This document shows, in pieces, positions 60,536 to 64,000 of a DNA stretch of 64,000 bases. Made by a program: the position numbers and the translations under genes. Each line of letters starts with the position of its first letter. Position 1 is the first letter of the stretch. The stretch comes from Takakia lepidozioides (lineage: Eukaryota > Plantae > Bryophyta), in NCBI GenBank assembly GCA_030704615.1, contig CM060734.1:49414001-49478000 (forward strand). Reading direction: 5' to 3'. The notes beneath the pieces were generated by a model. The model ran no database searches and was not told where the DNA came from. It worked only from the letters and a program-made list of their open reading frames with translations.

Positions 60536-63500
60536 TCTGCCAAAAGAGAACCACAATTGGCGACGAGGGTGACGTTCGATGAGGGCATTACAAGTGGATA
60601 AGGATAATGGGAGGGATAGCGGGGAGGTGTAGCTTGATGATTTGAAGGTGTGATCGGAGGGAGAGAACAACAGGTATTTTGACCGTGGTGCTGGGGGAGT
60701 GATGTGTGCGAAGGATACCAAAAGCCACTCCGCCCCGAGTGGGATGATATGGCGCGGAGCGTCTAAGTAGGCATTGTGCGGCTGTGAAGGAACTGCCATA
60801 TAGCAAATAGTAGGCTGGAAGAAGATTGTTGATGTAGGAGCTGTTAGGGCCGTGTGTGCACTCGTTCCTTCCCTTATTTGGTATATTAAAAAAGAATCTA
60901 CATCATCCAAACTCACTACCAAAAGTATTGCTCTGCTCAAAACCCCAATTGCCATTCGACCAAAACTATCAATTATTCAATCAGTACTACAAACACAAAT
61001 TCAATACTCGTTCCACGTCGCACCCTTCTTCTTATCAGCCATCAAAAAACTTGATAAAAATATTATCCAGCTAACAAAACGTGTATGTGGTCTACCAACT
61101 AGCATCCCCAATGCCCTCATACAACTACCTATGGACCACTATGGCATTGGTTCGAGCCCATTAATCATCTCATATGCTCGCACATTAGGCACCCAATTAA
61201 AAGAAGCACTCAACGATCATGGGCGTCTAGGTATCATTTATCAGGGACTTCTCAAATACCTTACATCTAAATACAATGGCCTATATTCATTATCATCCCT
61301 ACACCCACAAGCCTGTCTACACTCCCCCACTGCACACACACTACTCATCTTGCGCCAAATGAAAATTAGCATACAAACTGATCCGCCTAACTATCCCAAC
61401 ACCTCATCACCCTTAGAACGCGCATGGCTTACAAGCCCGTCTCTACCACAATTTAACATTTCCTATCCCAAACAAAAAGTCCTCATCCTCACATATTTCA
61501 AAGAACGACACATCACCACCCTCACCCAACTTACTACCGCCACTGGCCATAGACTTTTAAAACCTAGCGAATTCACTCTTAAATTCTCCGGAGCCACGAC
61601 CAAAACCAATCGCTACCTACATCATCTTCGTACCCTCTTCTGCCATCCCTCGACCGCCTGCACTCTACAATGTGACCTCTCATGCCTCTACTATCCGCAT
61701 ACGGCTCAAGACCTGCTCCCCCAGTACCGCTCTACCCCTACTACCTCCATCTACCAAACACTCAAAACGGCATATACCAGACATAGAATCTGATTTTCCC
61801 TCTCAAGTAACTAACACACAACACCCTGAACCTATCCGCCACTTGCATACGCCATCCAATCCCTCACCTACAAGGCAAGGATCCCACACCCCCCTAGTCA
61901 CCGCACCATCCCCCCCATCCTCACCACAATACGATGACAATAACAATGCTTACATCATTGAAGCTATACTAGGAGTTAAAACCCAAACGTCCATTGATTC
62001 CTTTGGAGCCACCTGCATTGATACATACTATCACTGTCAATGGGCTGTGTACTCTTCCGCAGACAACACATGGCAGATAGAAGATGACCTCTTCGGCCTA
62101 CATGACGATTGCGACCCCGAACACAATCTTGCCCTCCTCACCACCTTCCACAAACAAACCAACACCAACTATCTAACACACATGCACCAACAACACACCA
62201 CTCCCGCCCAACCTACATATAACAGATATATACACCAACCACTATATGCCCCCAACGTGCACATCTGCATAACTGAATGTAATCCTGACAAAGATGTCAA
62301 GCATGATCAACCTCTAATCCACATGGGCCCCCGCCTTTCCAACATTTACGCTCAACATGGCCGCTTCATTGGCCTCATCCCCAATACAAGACTAACGTGG
62401 CTCTGGGAGAAATACTCTACTACTACCTCATCCCCACAATCGCTACAACCCCCGAAACAAGACTTTGCTACCGAATTATATTGGCTGGTTGATCGCTACC
62501 TCAAAGACACTCCCCCCAAGAAACTGCGGTCCCTCATTAAATTGGAAACAACATGTGCGCACCATACTATACCCCAAGATATTCTCTCCTTACTTATCAA
62601 CACATTCCAGCTTACTCACTCATATTACTCCAACCCACTGACATGCCTTATGGCATTGCCCACATTTTCTAGCCCGCACCACAGAGACTGTATCTTTGGA
62701 GCCACTGGTACTGCCACCCAGCACACCTGGGAAGGCCGGGGCCTTGCCCACCCTCCACCTGGTTCTCCTTCTCACGAAGCTCTTCAATGGGCAAAACTTG
62801 TTGCGCACTCCTCTCCTACTGCATCCACAATCCTCATCCTCACACAACAAAACACTCCTAATATCTCTCACCCTCTTCTACAACTCCTAGAAGAGGTCAA
62901 TCTACTCGCCACAATTGACCCAAACCAGCTTAAGTATATTCATACCCCTCCTCTTCCCAAATATCTCCAACGGAAGGAACCCACCCTAACCCTGATTCTA
63001 CACATCCAAAACCCCCGCATACAGCCATACCGCCATTTTACTTTTCTCAGCTCGAACAATTGCTCACCATCACTCATAAAATAAAGGCCACCATCCATTA
63101 TCCAACCATCCTCTCCCACACCCAGACACCCACCACATTGTCCCGGATCAAAACCAACAAAGCTTGGAACATTGCGACACCACGCCCTTCCCAGGTCGCG
63201 CCAACAACACCTCTACCCCCAATTCCTGCAATATATCAACAAAACACCATCCCCAAATACCCACTGGCCAATTCCCATTACACTAACGGATCCCTCGCCA
63301 AACCTAATGCAGGGTATAGAATCTATCACGCTGGCACCAGTCAAGGCGTTGCCCTCAGACTCCCTGGCCCTGCCACTATCCTCCGGGCTGAACTCATGGC
63401 CATTTATGACGCCCTCTCTCTACTTGACACCTCCCCGCCCCCCCCCACACTACATCTTCACCAACAGCCTTACCTCACTATTCCTCATCCGCAACCACAT

Positions 63501-64000
63501 CTCCCACCCCTCTGCCCATCATCATCACCCCGACCGCAACCTCATTGCCACTATTGTCCAGAGGGCCATCTCCCTAGGCCACCCAGTCCATATACTCAAA
63601 GTCCGTTCGCATACTGGCATCCATGGTAATGAAGAAGTAGACCTACTCGCCCAACTTGGCGCCTCCCAACCCATAGTTGAACCCTCGAATGACCCTATTC
63701 ACATCGCCCACACCCATCCCTTCTAGTTCATACACCCCGTTCCGGACCCCCCTAGTCCGAAACCTCCTGACCACTCTGACCAAAGAAGCAAATAGACAAG
63801 CGGCAACCTCTATCAGCCATACCAAAGTACACAACTCAATCCAATGTACTGCACCATAAACTCTCCAATCATTTCTGGCTAACCAAAGCCACCACCGACG
63901 CACAAATCCGACAAACACTCAAATTCCGATATGCCCAATACATGGGCCACTAGTGCAAACACATCTTCTGGCCACATCTGTTCCCATCCCCATACTGCCC
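60536..64000 (+). mobile_element. Non-LTR retrotransposon (Dualen/RandI-like by inference): inverted APE-like piece, RT thumb, chromodomain, PCIF1-like MTase-like domain, RNase H, start of zinc finger; runs off the right edge
   Basis: RT thumb KLSIIQSVLQTQIQYSF...IKKLDKNIIQLTKRVCGLP...YGIG; RNase H YTNGS...TILRAELMAI...IFTNSL...LKVRSHTGIHGNEEVDLLA; end LKFRY...YCP. Strongly C/A-rich sense strand. Frameshifts near 61790, 63060, 63440. Confidence 0.8.

Overview
Nuclear genomic DNA of a land plant, most likely a non-seed plant (intron-rich genes and a moss/liverwort-style PLS-DYW PPR gene; the species cannot be named from this window). From 1 to ~52 kb, all recognisable host protein genes are on the minus strand: AHK5/CKI2-like histidine kinase (runs off the left edge), FIP1/TMEM192, a universal stress protein, a PR-10/Bet v1 protein, a PPR-DYW RNA-editing factor, GluTR-binding protein and TRS130/TRAPPC10. 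This part also has tRNA-Phe(GAA), an LSM4 pseudogene, a WDR11 gene fragment, orphan ORFs, several short TSD-flanked LINE 3' ends, a tRNA-derived SINE and a small TIR element. From 52 to 64 kb there is a nest of retroelements: rearranged L1 pieces, a Ty3/gypsy 5' LTR-gag-protease, and an unusual non-LTR retrotransposon inserted into it. Most notable: (1) that non-LTR element (Dualen/RandI-like by inference) has, between RT and RNase H, a chromodomain with an intact aromatic cage and a PCIF1/CAPAM-like adenine-methyltransferase-like domain; (2) the PPR-DYW gene appears to have upstream exons encoding an OSB-type 'PDF' ssDNA-binding motif. Exon models and homologies were made by eye from remembered family motifs. 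No database search was run.
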